Shown: one piece after another, positions 1 through 13,011 of the stretch | Position numbering within the stretch: the stretch's first letter is position 1 | Layout of the letters: each line of letters begins with the position of its first letter | Source of the DNA: the human T2T-CHM13v2.0 reference genome, Homo sapiens | Length of the DNA stretch: 64,000 bases | Assembly: GCF_009914755.1 (NCBI RefSeq) | Contig: NC_060929.1 | Direction: 5' to 3' (one strand) | The notes under the pieces: model-generated | What the model was told of the DNA's origin: nothing | Seen by the model: the letters and a program-made list of their open reading frames with translations, nothing else | Database searches by the model: none | Made by a program: the position numbers and the translations under genes

Positions 1-347
<347 letters not shown>

Positions 348-832
348 TGAGGCTTTTTTTTCTTTAGATTTTAAATAATCACTGGGGACTTTCTCTGACA
401 CAAGTTCCTTTGCAGTCCTCTTCAGTAGAGGCCGCTTGTTCATTTTTTCCATACCTCATGAACCTTCGGGGCATTATGTGTGTAAATGCCCTCCTTGTGC
501 CTCCTTGATACTATCAAAACATCTCCACAGTCTTCAAAGCCCACGGCTCCTTTGATGCTCATACACCATTTGACTGTATCTTTCAATGTTCCTTCTTAGT
601 GTGATTTTCTAATTCCTCGTCACTCCCTGTCATTTATTGAAGTCTTGAGAACACCTAAATCAATCTCTTCCTCTCCAGTTCTACTGCTGCCATAATTCTC
701 CTGGAACAACATCCATGTTAATAGTATATTTGACACTCTGGCCTCCAGCTTCCTGGCCTTCCTTGTTTCCAATCATAATTACATCCATCCTACCTAAGCT
801 GCTCACCTCGTGGCCACACATTGCTCTGGAAT

Positions 833-885
833 AGTGCAGCCCAACAGGACTTCCTGCAATGATGAAAATGTTCTATAGCTGTGTA
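833..885. mobile_element. MER3-like hAT-Charlie DNA transposon fragment
   Basis: GTGCAGCCCAACAGGACTTCCTGCAATGATGAAAATGTTCTATAGCTGTG resembles the recalled MER3 terminus. Confidence 0.55.
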
Positions 886-1889
886 AGTTCACTGTCAACA
901 CAAATATTTAATGTTTTCTCCGTTCTCTTCACATTTCTGCCTCTATCAGCTGATGATCTCACTTATACTTCATTGAAATGATAAAAGAAATAAGAGAAGA
1001 GCACCTTCATTTTCAAAATCACTACCCAATCTAGTAATCTGTCTCCACTTGAACTTCTTTGCTTCACCTCTTGCTAGTGGGAAGAAATGTCGACTTTCAA
1101 CCCAGAGGCCAAATCCTCCACTTTATCCTTTGGATCACATCACCTCCAGCTTAACAAATGAAATCACTCTTCAAACACTTCCCTCTTTTCTTTATCAGTA
1201 CACCAGCATTCTTAAGTTATCTATTATCTTAAATAAACAATTCTCTTTAGCCTTTGTGTCTCATTCCAGTTTTTGTGATAATTCTTTGGGACCTTTTGCT
1301 GCTGTTACTGTCTCATCCTCTATTTATGTATTTAGCTACTGATACCAATTTATTAAGCTAGTTGACTTAAGTACCTGCAATGACGACCTCAACCTCTACT
1401 CCTGGCTCAATACTGATGAAGTAATCTGCTTAGTTTCCAGGGAACTGTTAAAGTTAATGAGTGCTTGGGGATTCTCATCTGGAAACCATTCCAATGGTTA
1501 GAACATTCGCCGTAAGAAATTTTTCTTGTAGTGATTCTTTGATTCTTTGATCTGTCCCTTCACTTTAAGTTTTTCCTATGTACCTCTAATCAAGTCAACA
1601 CAAACCATCTCCAGGGATTTTACCTTGCCACTGGTTAGATAATTCTAGTTTGGTGAGTTGCCACCCTTAGTTCCACAAGTGTCTCTTCTGTCTTCAAAAG
1701 CCATGGCTACAGTGTCACTTCCTGACTGACTTGTTCCTCAGGGAGAAATACTGGCGGTGAACCCACAGGAACCTGTGGGTCCATAGCTCTGCTGAAGCTG
1801 CAACCAAGTCAAAGTCCACCTATTTCTTCTTAAGCCTATGCCAACTAAAGTTTCTCCTGACCAGTAGGCAAAAAGTACTCACTTTCTGG

Positions 1890-2190
1890 GTCAAAAAATG
1901 AATGCTAAGTTGCCAAATCCAGTGGATGTGATTTGGCATTCATTTTACTCATAGCCATTTAATCATTTCATTCAACTCAATCCCAACCTTTGAAATAATT
2001 AATTACTCCCTCCTTGTAAAATGCTTCTGACTGTGCTCTTATTACACTCCATTCTTACTTTCTTCCCACCTCCTTGTTTACCAGTTTCGGTCTCTTGCTT
2101 GCTCTTGAATGGACCTGGCAACTGATTTCCTCTGCTGATATTCCCTCTCTAGGTGATATTTCAGATAGTTATAATATGTTTAATACCTGC
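1890..2190 (+). mobile_element. L2 LINE relic (pyrimidine-rich segment; more probably at ~560-1330)
   Basis: TTGCCAAATCCAGTGG...ACTCCCTCCTTGTAAAATGCTTCT motif typical of L2. Confidence 0.5.
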
Positions 2191-3741
2191 TGGCACGAGT
2201 TCTAGTTTTTCTTAATCTTTTTTTTCCAAGTTGTCTTTGCTACCTTGGAATCAATTAGACTGTAAGTAATAGAACTTGCAGCCAATAGTGGGTTAAAAAA
2301 TACGAGAACACAGAAGTAGGGCTGTGTATTGGTAATGGTTCTAAGCAGTAGGCAACAGAATTCACTGTGCTTGTTTCCTCAATAAGATGTTTATGGAAGG
2401 ATAGGAGAAAGCATACAAAATCACTGGAAGGACTGGGGGAACAAAGGCTGAGGCTCAGGAAAAATCTCCCGGATTCATTCTCTAAAGCTACTGATTTTCT
2501 TCACCACTGCCACCTTCAGATCAGGCTACCTCCGTTTAACTACTCTACTTAACTCTATTGCTACCCTCTGAAGAGATACCCCACCCTTTCCTGTTTCCTT
2601 ATGTAGTTCTATTCCAACTCAGTCATCTTATGGCTGTGTATGTTGCAGAAATGAAGTCATGTTTCTTTATGCTTGGGGCAAAGAAACGTAGGAAAGGTAG
2701 TTTTGTTTCTATATTGGCAAGGCAAGATTCGTAACATAGGGGACTATTAAAATCTAAAGAAGGAGTTCAAAATATGCTGGGCAGGCAGAAACGACAAACG
2801 TCCACTATAGAGGGGTTGGAAGGCATTGTTTGCACAGGCTTTTCATTTCTCTATGATTTCTCTTGATGTGTGCCATATTTCCTTTTGGATGGCTTCACTG
2901 GAAGAGCAACAGTGTTCTAATCAGTTGAGACAACACCTTTGTGAAAGTCTACTTGGTGTCAGGCACTGTTCTAGCAGATGAGCTCTGCTGAACAGAGAGT
3001 CAAGAGAGAATGTCCCAGCTAACATCTAAAGAAGAGTAAGGGCTTTTTCTTTTTTTTCTTTCCTCTGAAGCACCTAGCAAAATGTGCATTCTTCTGAACT
3101 AAATCACAGAACTTTTCCTGAAACAGTCACTCTGGAAAGCAAGTGGAGGTAGCTGATTGGTTTAAGCCAGTTGTGGACTACTGCTGGCCTGGGTGAAGTG
3201 AGCTTCCCTTGGAGTACATAAGTTATTTGTGGAAGGAGCAAAACAGTAAAACAACAGGGAAGAAGTGAATGCTGGGTGAACCCAAAGAGTAAATGTCCAC
3301 TGCACTAATTCTTTTTATCATTCTGGATGAACTTGAGAATTGCATTGACTTCTATAGAAATTGCATTTTTCCAGCAAATAATCTTGGATGAATTCTCGTC
3401 TTTATAAAATTTATTCTTCTCATTCCAGAATGACAAGTATGTCTTCACTGAAGTTATTATGTTATTGTTCATGAAAGTTTTATGGTATCTTTCAAATATG
3501 TTTTTGAGCAAGAGTTTTCATCAAATAGTTTTAGTATTGTTATGGTGAAAACAATTTTCTAAGAATATTTCCTTTGTGATATGTCTGAATATTTTCAATC
3601 TACGTTTTTTAAATAAAAAAATTCTTATTTAATTATAAATAATTTCATAAATCTTGTTTATTTATCAAAGATCTTGCCATTGAAAAATACATTTTACATT
3701 TAATTTTTAGATATTGCCAATAATTCATTGTTTTTCGTTTC

Positions 3742-4082
<341 letters not shown>

Positions 4083-6296
4083 TAAGTTTTCATTCATATG
4101 TTATTAAAATGCCACTAAATACTAGAGCAATATATAGCAGGTATGATAGTTTTGCTATTTATTTTATTATGCCAATGGAAAATTAAAAATTTAATAAGTT
4201 TACTTATGTTATTTCAGTACCAAATAAAAAATGTAAATTGACTGATTTTGTAACTATAGTTAAGGATGCATTTCCACTTTTTAAAATGAGTACTTTAAAA
4301 ATAAACAGTGATCATTGAATGAAAAAACATAATATTTTAAATTTTGTATATTTGATAAGTACTGTCTGAAAAGACTTCCTAATGTGGAAAAATCCTTCCA
4401 TCCAGAATTTAAATAATTACATTAAATATGAATATAGTCATTGTTATCACTCTCTAAATATTGAACTGCTGAATTTTACTTTTAAAGGAAACGCATGAAA
4501 TTTCTATTTTAGCCTCTTTCTATAACTGTTAGAAGCAAGGGTAAGATTTTTAAGGATATATTAGTCTTCTTCAACATTGGCATGTACTATAACTTTAACT
4601 GTGGTATTACTAAAACATTCATCAAGAAAATGCATATTTTCCACTTTCTAAGTCATCTAATTTACTTAAAGAAGCCAAACCTTTTGTCATATGAAAAAAC
4701 TTTAAAATACTACACTTCTATATTCTTTTATCTTTGCATGCCTTTTCCAAACCAGTTTTTGGTTATTAAACTAGGACAATATGCAGGAAATCAATTTAAT
4801 TTTTTCTGAACCATGTAAATATAATAAAACCCTCATTATATATTGAAAAAGAACAAATAAATAATAAGCAACTTTTGCTTTTTTTCCCCATCTACCAAAG
4901 GAATTTCTCAGTTGATTCAATAAATTGTATTTCCTTAGGAAAAACTAAAATACATGTGAGTGGTAAAGAGACTTATATCTTTAATTTTTCCTCAAATTTT
5001 TTTATTATGGATTTGTTTGAATTTCTTTTTCACAGCTCTCCTTTTCTTTTTATTTCTGTCTCCCTTTCCTTCATCCCTCTGAAATAGTGAAAATCTCAGG
5101 AAAGTAAAGTCATATGGTTTCAAATTTCCCATCTTTAAACTATATTAAGCAATTTATGGGGTAGATATTTTGAAGCCAATTGCCATAGTACATTTAAGAT
5201 TCTTGGATGAAGACGCCTTTTATAAATAAGAAGATTTTCCCTTTCAAATGTAGAATGGCTCCTTTTTCACTATGAAGAGAAATGTAAGCAATTCTTTTAA
5301 AGGACGTTCATTATAAAGGAACTTGTTTCTTGAATGTCTGTCCTTCCCGAATATATAAAGCAGGTAAAATTCTTTTCTGTAAATTTTTGTTATACTTGCA
5401 CCTATACCTTTTTAGTGATTTTTTTATGGTTAAGTTGATATCTTTTAAGTTTTATTGAATAATTTTAAAAATTTAATTCTTTTAGTGTTTCAAAAGAACA
5501 ACATAGAGGTGGCTGCAACCTTTAGTGTTCACTAGATTTGTTTATTTTTTTCATTGAAAAAATGATCTTGAAACATTGCGACCTTCTTTCATGCAATGAT
5601 TTTTTATGATGACATTAGAACTGATACAAAAACAGATCACCATTGATTTCCCTAGAGTGATAACCATAGTGCTTCTCTACTTTTTCTCTCTCCTGCCTAA
5701 ACATTGCTTTACAGAATTTTCAGTATCTTAACTCTCCATTTTTTTAGCCTTATTTCAAATTCACTTTTCTCCAAACTGGATACTCTACCTAGCCTCCTCA
5801 GCAACCCTCATTTCATAGTAAGTCCCATGTTTATATAGATACATTTTTATAGAGAACCAGATTAAAGAAGTTATATTCCTCACTCTCAGCTCAGAGATGA
5901 GCTTTATAGCTTCTAAAATAAAACCCTAACTTTTTTGGATTGCATTAAAAGACTACCATACGTCATATTTGGGAATTCCTTTGTCTTAGATATTCTGCTC
6001 TGTCAAACGAATCAGATTTTTCTGTAGTCCTGAATATTACTGTTCAATTATAGCCATTATCATCATCATTAATCACTAACGTGAATCTCTGCAGTCACGC
6101 TATTACTGTCCCATCTCCAAACTTCTGTATGTGTTGCATTACCTAGAGTATAACTTTTCTTCTTTCTCTAGAAAAATGCATCTAAAAATATATATACTCT
6201 ATATTATCTATGTCGGCTAATTTCTTTACTATTTTCTCACTAGCATAAACACTTAGACAAAAAACCAAAACCAAAAACAAAAACAAAACCCTTTCC

Positions 6297-6752
6297 ACCA
6301 ACCTCTGCCCACCATGGGTTGGAACTGGAACTAAATTGTTATGTTCCCCTCACTCCACAGAAGAAGACCGCTAGCTACAGGGGTCCCTGTGCTGGCCAAG
6401 CTAGTGAGCCTGTTGGGAGGCTGGTCCGAGGAGAAAGTGGGCCAGCTCCCATGACCTCGCCTCACTCCCTCAACATGGGACACTTTGTATAGATGTGTAA
6501 TGTATATGTATTTCTTTTTAAGTGACCTCCTCTCCTTCTGCAGACCCCACATGACCATAAGCCTCAGGACTTTCCACCACCTTGCTCCACAGATCCTGCT
6601 AGGCCCAACCTGGGCCTCATCCCATGCTGCTTGGTCTCTGGCTGATCCTGGGGCTTTGTCTTCCTCTCGTCAGTTCTTTTGGTTGTGTTTTTTGTTGTTT
6701 TTTTTAAAAAGCTCAAAAAATAAATAAAAGACTTGGAGGAAGGGTAAAAAAA
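6297..6752 (+). pseudogene. 5'-truncated processed retrocopy of an mRNA 3' end (3'UTR-like, parent gene not identified)
   Basis: GC-richer non-repeat island in AT-rich DNA; AATAAA at 6723-6728, A-tract from 6746; flanked by near-identical AACAAAA(AT)CCCTTTCC at 6282-6296 and 6751-6767. Confidence 0.8.
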
Positions 6753-8198
6753 CAAAAATCCCTTTCCTAAGACCGTAATTAGTTTGCACTTGCTTATAGA
6801 TTACTTCTTATATGTGTATTTATATAATCGTGTTTTTTAATGATGGAAGCGAGATCATCTGTTACTTTGGATGAAAATTAAAAAACAATCCAGTACTCCC
6901 TTTCTCATGAATTCTGATACCATGCACTATCTTCTGTGCCTCTTTCCTAAATTATGTTAGTCTTTTCTGTGGCTTATCTAGACAAATGTAAAACTGCTGT
7001 AATACATTGGAACTTTAATTTGTTAAAAAGTGAGAAAATGGAGTAAACAAGCGCTTGAGTGTAAAAAAATGTTAACACTATGAGGGATTTCCCAGTGGAG
7101 TCACACAAGGACTTATGGTTCAAGGTTTAAAATCTAATAGCATGAGTAATGAAGCAAAAGTGATCTATGTTAAACATATTTACACTTTTATGAAATGTAA
7201 GCTTGGATAACGTAGAGTTCATAAACTAAATAGCAAAAGATAATTCCAAGATGAAATCATTTTATTACATAGGAACGCTTAATTTGTCAACTTTGAAATC
7301 CCAGAATGCTGTCTTTTTATTTTTCAGAATCTGTTTGCTTGTTTTGGTGTTTAGCCCAATGAAAGATATCTCAGGAGATCGTATTTTATAAGTGAATGCA
7401 AACATATGAAGCAACTTGATGGTTTGGAGTTTATATTTAAACAAATTTGTGTTATCCTGGTTTAATTATGTTACCCATAATGTAGACAAGTCTTATTTTT
7501 ATTAAAGAAAGAAGAAAAAAAGCTGGTCTCAGAAGCACAGAAACTAGAACTGGTGAGTCACATGAATCTATAGAATCAGCTCTGCTAATTCCATACAGAT
7601 GTCCTAGTGCATTCCTGTAAATTTTCAGACTGAAAAGGAAATGTTAGTTACACCCTTCCCTTTTACAGCCCAGGGTAAAATATTTCACATATTGTACATA
7701 TGTTTTGCTAGCAGAAAAAAAATTACAAAAATTAAGAAGTAGTTATTTTGGGCTTAGTATTTTACCATTAATATTAAAAAACAAGTGTATTTAAAATCAT
7801 GATTTTAAATGAAAGCACACAATCTCTTTGCAGACATCAATCCCTATATTTCAAGTATAAAAGTATAGTTTGTATCCATTTCTAACATGCCAAATAATAT
7901 AGTTGTCATGTGGTTATGTTTACTGTAACCACAAGAAGATAGATATGATTGCTCTTCATAGATACTGACAAGGGTAAAAACATCTGTGGAAGGAATTACG
8001 CAGTGACTAGGATAGTGCTGCCTGATCTCTTGGCTGGTATTTCTGTATTCTCCAGACCAATAAATGCAAAATGGCTTATTAGCTAATAGGCCCATCTGCA
8101 GATGGACCAGTGGGCTCGTGGCTCTGGGTCAGGTGTTGAAGAAATATTTGGTACCCTCATATTTTTGCTTTGATGGGGGATTTAGAAATCATCTAGTC

Positions 8199-8362
8199 CA
8201 GGGGAGGCAAATACATAGTATGGCTGTTGACCCTTCCCCTCCAATAGTCTTCTCCACCAAGCCTGAACTTGACTCTCAAATCTTTCTCAATATATTATTA
8301 TGGCTAACCATTACTACTCAAATAGAAATGCCACATGTCATGAAGATTGTTTATCTTCCCTG
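8199..8362. mobile_element. non-autonomous hAT (MER102/Charlie-like) element
   Basis: imperfect TIRs CAGGGGAGGCAAAT / GTTTATCTTCCCTG; 8-bp TSD-like ATCTAGTC (8191-8198) / ATTTAGTT (8363-8370). Confidence 0.6.
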
Positions 8363-8381
8363 ATTTAGTTCAGCTCTCTAA

Positions 8382-8687
8382 TTTTTTTTTTTTTTTTTTG
8401 AGACAGGGTCTCACTCTGTCAACCAGGCTGGAGTGCAGTGCAGTGGTGAGATCACAGCTCACTGCAACCTCCGCTTCCCGGGCTCAAGCGTTCCTCTCAC
8501 CTCAGCCTCCTGAGTAGCTGCGATTACAGGCAGGCCACCATGCCTGATTACTTTGTATTGTATTTTTGGTAGAGACAAGGTTTCGCCATGGCCCAGGCTG
8601 CCTCAAATTACTGAGCTCAAGCTATCTGCCTGCCTCGGCCTTCCAAAGTGCTGGGATTACAGTCCTGAGCCATCACTGCGCCTGGCT
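8382..8687 (-). mobile_element. Alu (AluJ-type)
   Basis: poly(T) + GAGACAGGGTCTCACTCTG, GGGCTCAAGC J-type diagnostics; degenerate TSD GCTCT..ATTTT. Confidence 0.94.
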
Positions 8688-10446
8688 GCTCTTTCATTTT
8701 TGGATGAGTAAACTGAGGCTCAGATAAGCTAAGAGATTGGTCGGAAAGAGACCGACCACTTGGCTATTAAGTGGCATGAATGGAATCTGAGTCTCTGAAT
8801 TTAGTCCTGAAGACTTACACATTAACAGTGCTCCTGTGGGTAAGACATGGGATTTCCCTAATAATCATTAATGAGTCAACTAATATTCAAAGGCAACTGA
8901 GACCCGGAATCCTCTGCTAAAATGCTCAGCTTTGGGTAAACCATCAAGGTAGCTTTGGACCCATGAATAGAACCATGAATCTGGAACCTGGTATCAGAAA
9001 CTAAACTCCTATGGTTTTCAAGAGGTGTAGTGGTAGGCAGGGCAGATGGCTCTGAGTCATGGTTAAAACATTCAGAGACATGTAGATGGTAAGTCTTGGA
9101 AGCAGAGAAATGAAGGGGAGTTTACAGGTTCTGTTTTAAGGACTTGCAAAAGGGACTGTGTTTATAGCACAATGTTTAGAGATAATGCAGCAGGAGCTGA
9201 AAGAGATGCTTGTTCCAGTTATCCAGTTTGTTTGAGAAGCTTGTCAACAGGAAACAGTGATTTGCTCTGCACATATGTTTAGATTGGAGAAACATTAGCA
9301 GTAAGACTTGCAAGAAGGTGCTGGGCAGCACAGTTTCAAAAATTGAAATAAGCTAAAGCAGGTTAGTATAGGGGTGATGTGTGGCTAAACAATCCTTCCA
9401 AACCTTAGCAGATGTCACCGGCCAACAGAATTCTCAGTTATCAGTAGCCACCTGGCTGACTCAGGAAAGGCCCTGGATATATGGCTCAGCGTGTCTTGCA
9501 TCTGAACCTCTTGTGGAGTAGGATGCTGGAGGAGACTTGGAATTGGCTTGCTCTTCACCGCCAGTCCAAGGCCTTTGCCAGAGATCATATCCCTGACCTG
9601 AAGTTATTGAGCCCTTGGCGATCATCAAAAACATACATCTAGAAGAGCCAGTATAGATAGAACAACTTCACAATCATATTAAGCCTGCTTTGGACTTCGG
9701 GAGTTTGAAATATCCTATCATTTTTCTTGGTTATCACAAGAAGTTAGGGTGAGGATGCAATGCATTTTATGACAATGTGCACTGGTCTCTTTACATTACC
9801 ATCTTTCTACATTTACAGGAGTTAGAAATCTGGAGGAAAGGTATTCCCTTCAATGCTGCACACAGGTGTTAGCTGGGAACACTGGGGAGGCACTAAAGTG
9901 TCAGATGAAAAAAAGCATGACAAGGAGCCTGGCTCCAAATCCTGATCCCCTCCTCCCTCTTGAATCCAGGTGCTGCCCACCCTACCTGCATGGCAGGTAT
10001 ACCTTCCCCAGTTTACACTTCTGAAGGTTTTGCTGAACCTAATCAGGCAAGGCTAGACAGTAGAATAAACAGACATTCAGAAATAGTCACACACTCCACC
10101 CTGTAAGAGAGTGGGAGATTTGGAGGGTGAGCAGACTATGAGTAGGGGAGACCCTAGGTGCCACAAGAAAATATTACAGTCTCCTTAACCAGAAGAAACT
10201 ACAGTCAAATACATTGAGTCTTCCCAGAACAAGATTGGAGGAAGAGGCTATGGTTGTACCTTAAGCTAATAGTCAGATTTTATTTTGTTGAACCTTCTGG
10301 ATGGACTTTTGGTTTTGCAGATTAAGGTCAGTGTATGGAGCACGCTCTGAGAAAAGCTCTATGGGGATGGATTGAGAGGGGCTGAGAGATACATAGAAAT
10401 GTGACAAATCCTTTAGACAGTCAAGCTTTAGGGGAAATAGTGATAT

Positions 10447-10901
10447 TGTATCAGTCAATACTTTCTGGCAAAGAACAGATGGCATATCCAAATTAGGGTA
10501 ATTTGAAGAGAATATAATAAAAGGACTGTGAAGGCAGCATGTAGGAAAACTATAAGAGATACTGTAGAATCCCTGCACTAATAAGAAAAAGACATCATTG
10601 TCATTCCTAGATCTGAAGAGCAGGACTTGTTCAAAAGCTAGAGTCAGCAGGGCCTGTGATGAGAAGGCTGCCTACAAGGGATGAAACCTCTGTGGTGGAA
10701 TGAAGACGACCCAGGACAACCCTGCAGGATATAGACCAGGGGATCTCAACCCTGCTCTTGCTCCTGCTACAATTTGCCATTGACCACAGACAGGAAGCCC
10801 AATGATGTGGTCAATGCAGGTCAACCTCCTAAGGCACAGACAGGGTGGAGAAGGGTAGAGAGAGATAGGATCTGAAGGGGAAATGGAAGATATTCAGCAC
10901 C
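10447..10901 (-). mobile_element. LTR33-like solo LTR (ERVL)
   Basis: TGTATCAGTC...AACAGATGGCATATCCAAATTAGGGTAATTTGAAGAG...GGATCTGAAGGGGAAATGGAAGATATTCAGCAC; homologous to 54385-54851. Confidence 0.7.
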
Positions 10902-11274
10902 AATTTTTGAAGAGGATGTTTAGAAGATTTTGCTATATCATGTGGGATGTAAACCAATATTATTCCATCACTCCATGAAAATGTCAGTAAAAATCAGCCT
11001 TATTCATCAGTGCCTCTTGGAAGTAAATGTGTGTGAGTGTATGTATGGATGCTTGATGAAGGGCTTTATGAGGTTAACTTTAAGGCAGGTTCCACGTGAG
11101 GTTTAGCCAACAAATCTCAGTTGAATTGGGTTACCTATATTTGAGAGATATTTAGTTAATAGTGTTCCTTTTTAAGAAATAAGAGGGAATTATTTTCCCT
11201 TTTAACTTACTCTTTTTTAATTTTTAGTTTTTTTGGATTACATAATAGTTGTATATATTTATGGGGTACATGTG

Positions 11275-11597
<323 letters not shown>

Positions 11598-12533
11598 TGA
11601 TACAAGTATACAATATGTAATGATCAAGTCAGGGTAATGGGATATCTATCAACTCAAGCATTTATCATTTCTTTGTGTTAGGAATATTCCAATTTTACTA
11701 TTTTAGGTTTTTTGAAATGTGAATAAATTATTGTTAACTATAGTCACCTTATTGTGCTACGAAACACTAAATCTTATTCCTTCTATGTAACTGTATATTT
11801 GTGCCCATTAACCATTTCCTCTTACCCCACCTCCCCCATACACATCCTTGCCTTTGGTAACCATCATTCTACTCTGTATCTCCATGGGTTCAATTTTTTT
11901 AGCTTCCACATATGAGTGTGAACATGCGATATTTGTCTTTCTATGCCTGCCTAATTCCATTTAACATCATGTCCTTTAGTTCCATTCATGTTGTTGCAAA
12001 TGACAGGATTTCATTCTTTTTAATGGGTGTATAATATTCCATTGTGTATATGGATCACATTTTCTTTATTCATTCATCTATTGATGGACACTTAGGTTGA
12101 CTTTATATTTTGGCTGTCATGAATAGTGCTACTATAAACATGGGAGTGTAGATACCTCCTCAATATACTAATTTCCTTTTTTTTTTTTTTGATATATACC
12201 CAGTGGTGGGATTGCTGAATTATATGTTAGTTCTAATTTTAGTTTTTTGAGGAAACTCCATACTGTTCTCCATAGTGGCTGTACTAAATTACATTCCCAC
12301 CAACAGTGTAGAAGCGTTTCCCTTTCTCCACATCTTTGCCATCATCTATTATTGCCTTTTTGATAAAAGCCATTTTCACTGGGTTGAGGTGATAAATAAT
12401 TGTAGTTTTGATTTGCATTTCTCCAAAGGTTAGTGATGTTGAGCATTTTTTCACATACCTGTTGGCCATATGTATGTCTTCTTTTAAGAAATATTTGTTT
12501 AGATCTTTTGCCCATTTAAAATATCAGATTGTT

Positions 12534-13011
<478 letters not shown>

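Larger units (their letters stand above)
8175..8810 (-). mobile_element. MIR SINE split by a hAT element and an Alu
   Basis: TTAGAAATCATCTAGTC at the left; TTTTGGATGAGTAAACTGAGGCTCAGA MIR core resumes after the Alu. Confidence 0.65.

Noticed and set aside
7310-7560. Possible exon (TTTTCAG acceptor at ~7327, GTGAGT donor at ~7552)
   Set aside because: Splice-like motifs are common in T-rich DNA; no ORF or homology support
8900-10250. Possible MaLR/ERVL internal relic (similar hints at 1340-1880 and an LTR78-like stretch at 49960-50590)
   Set aside because: Only short motif resemblance (e.g. TGGTATCAG); too diverged to call without profile searches
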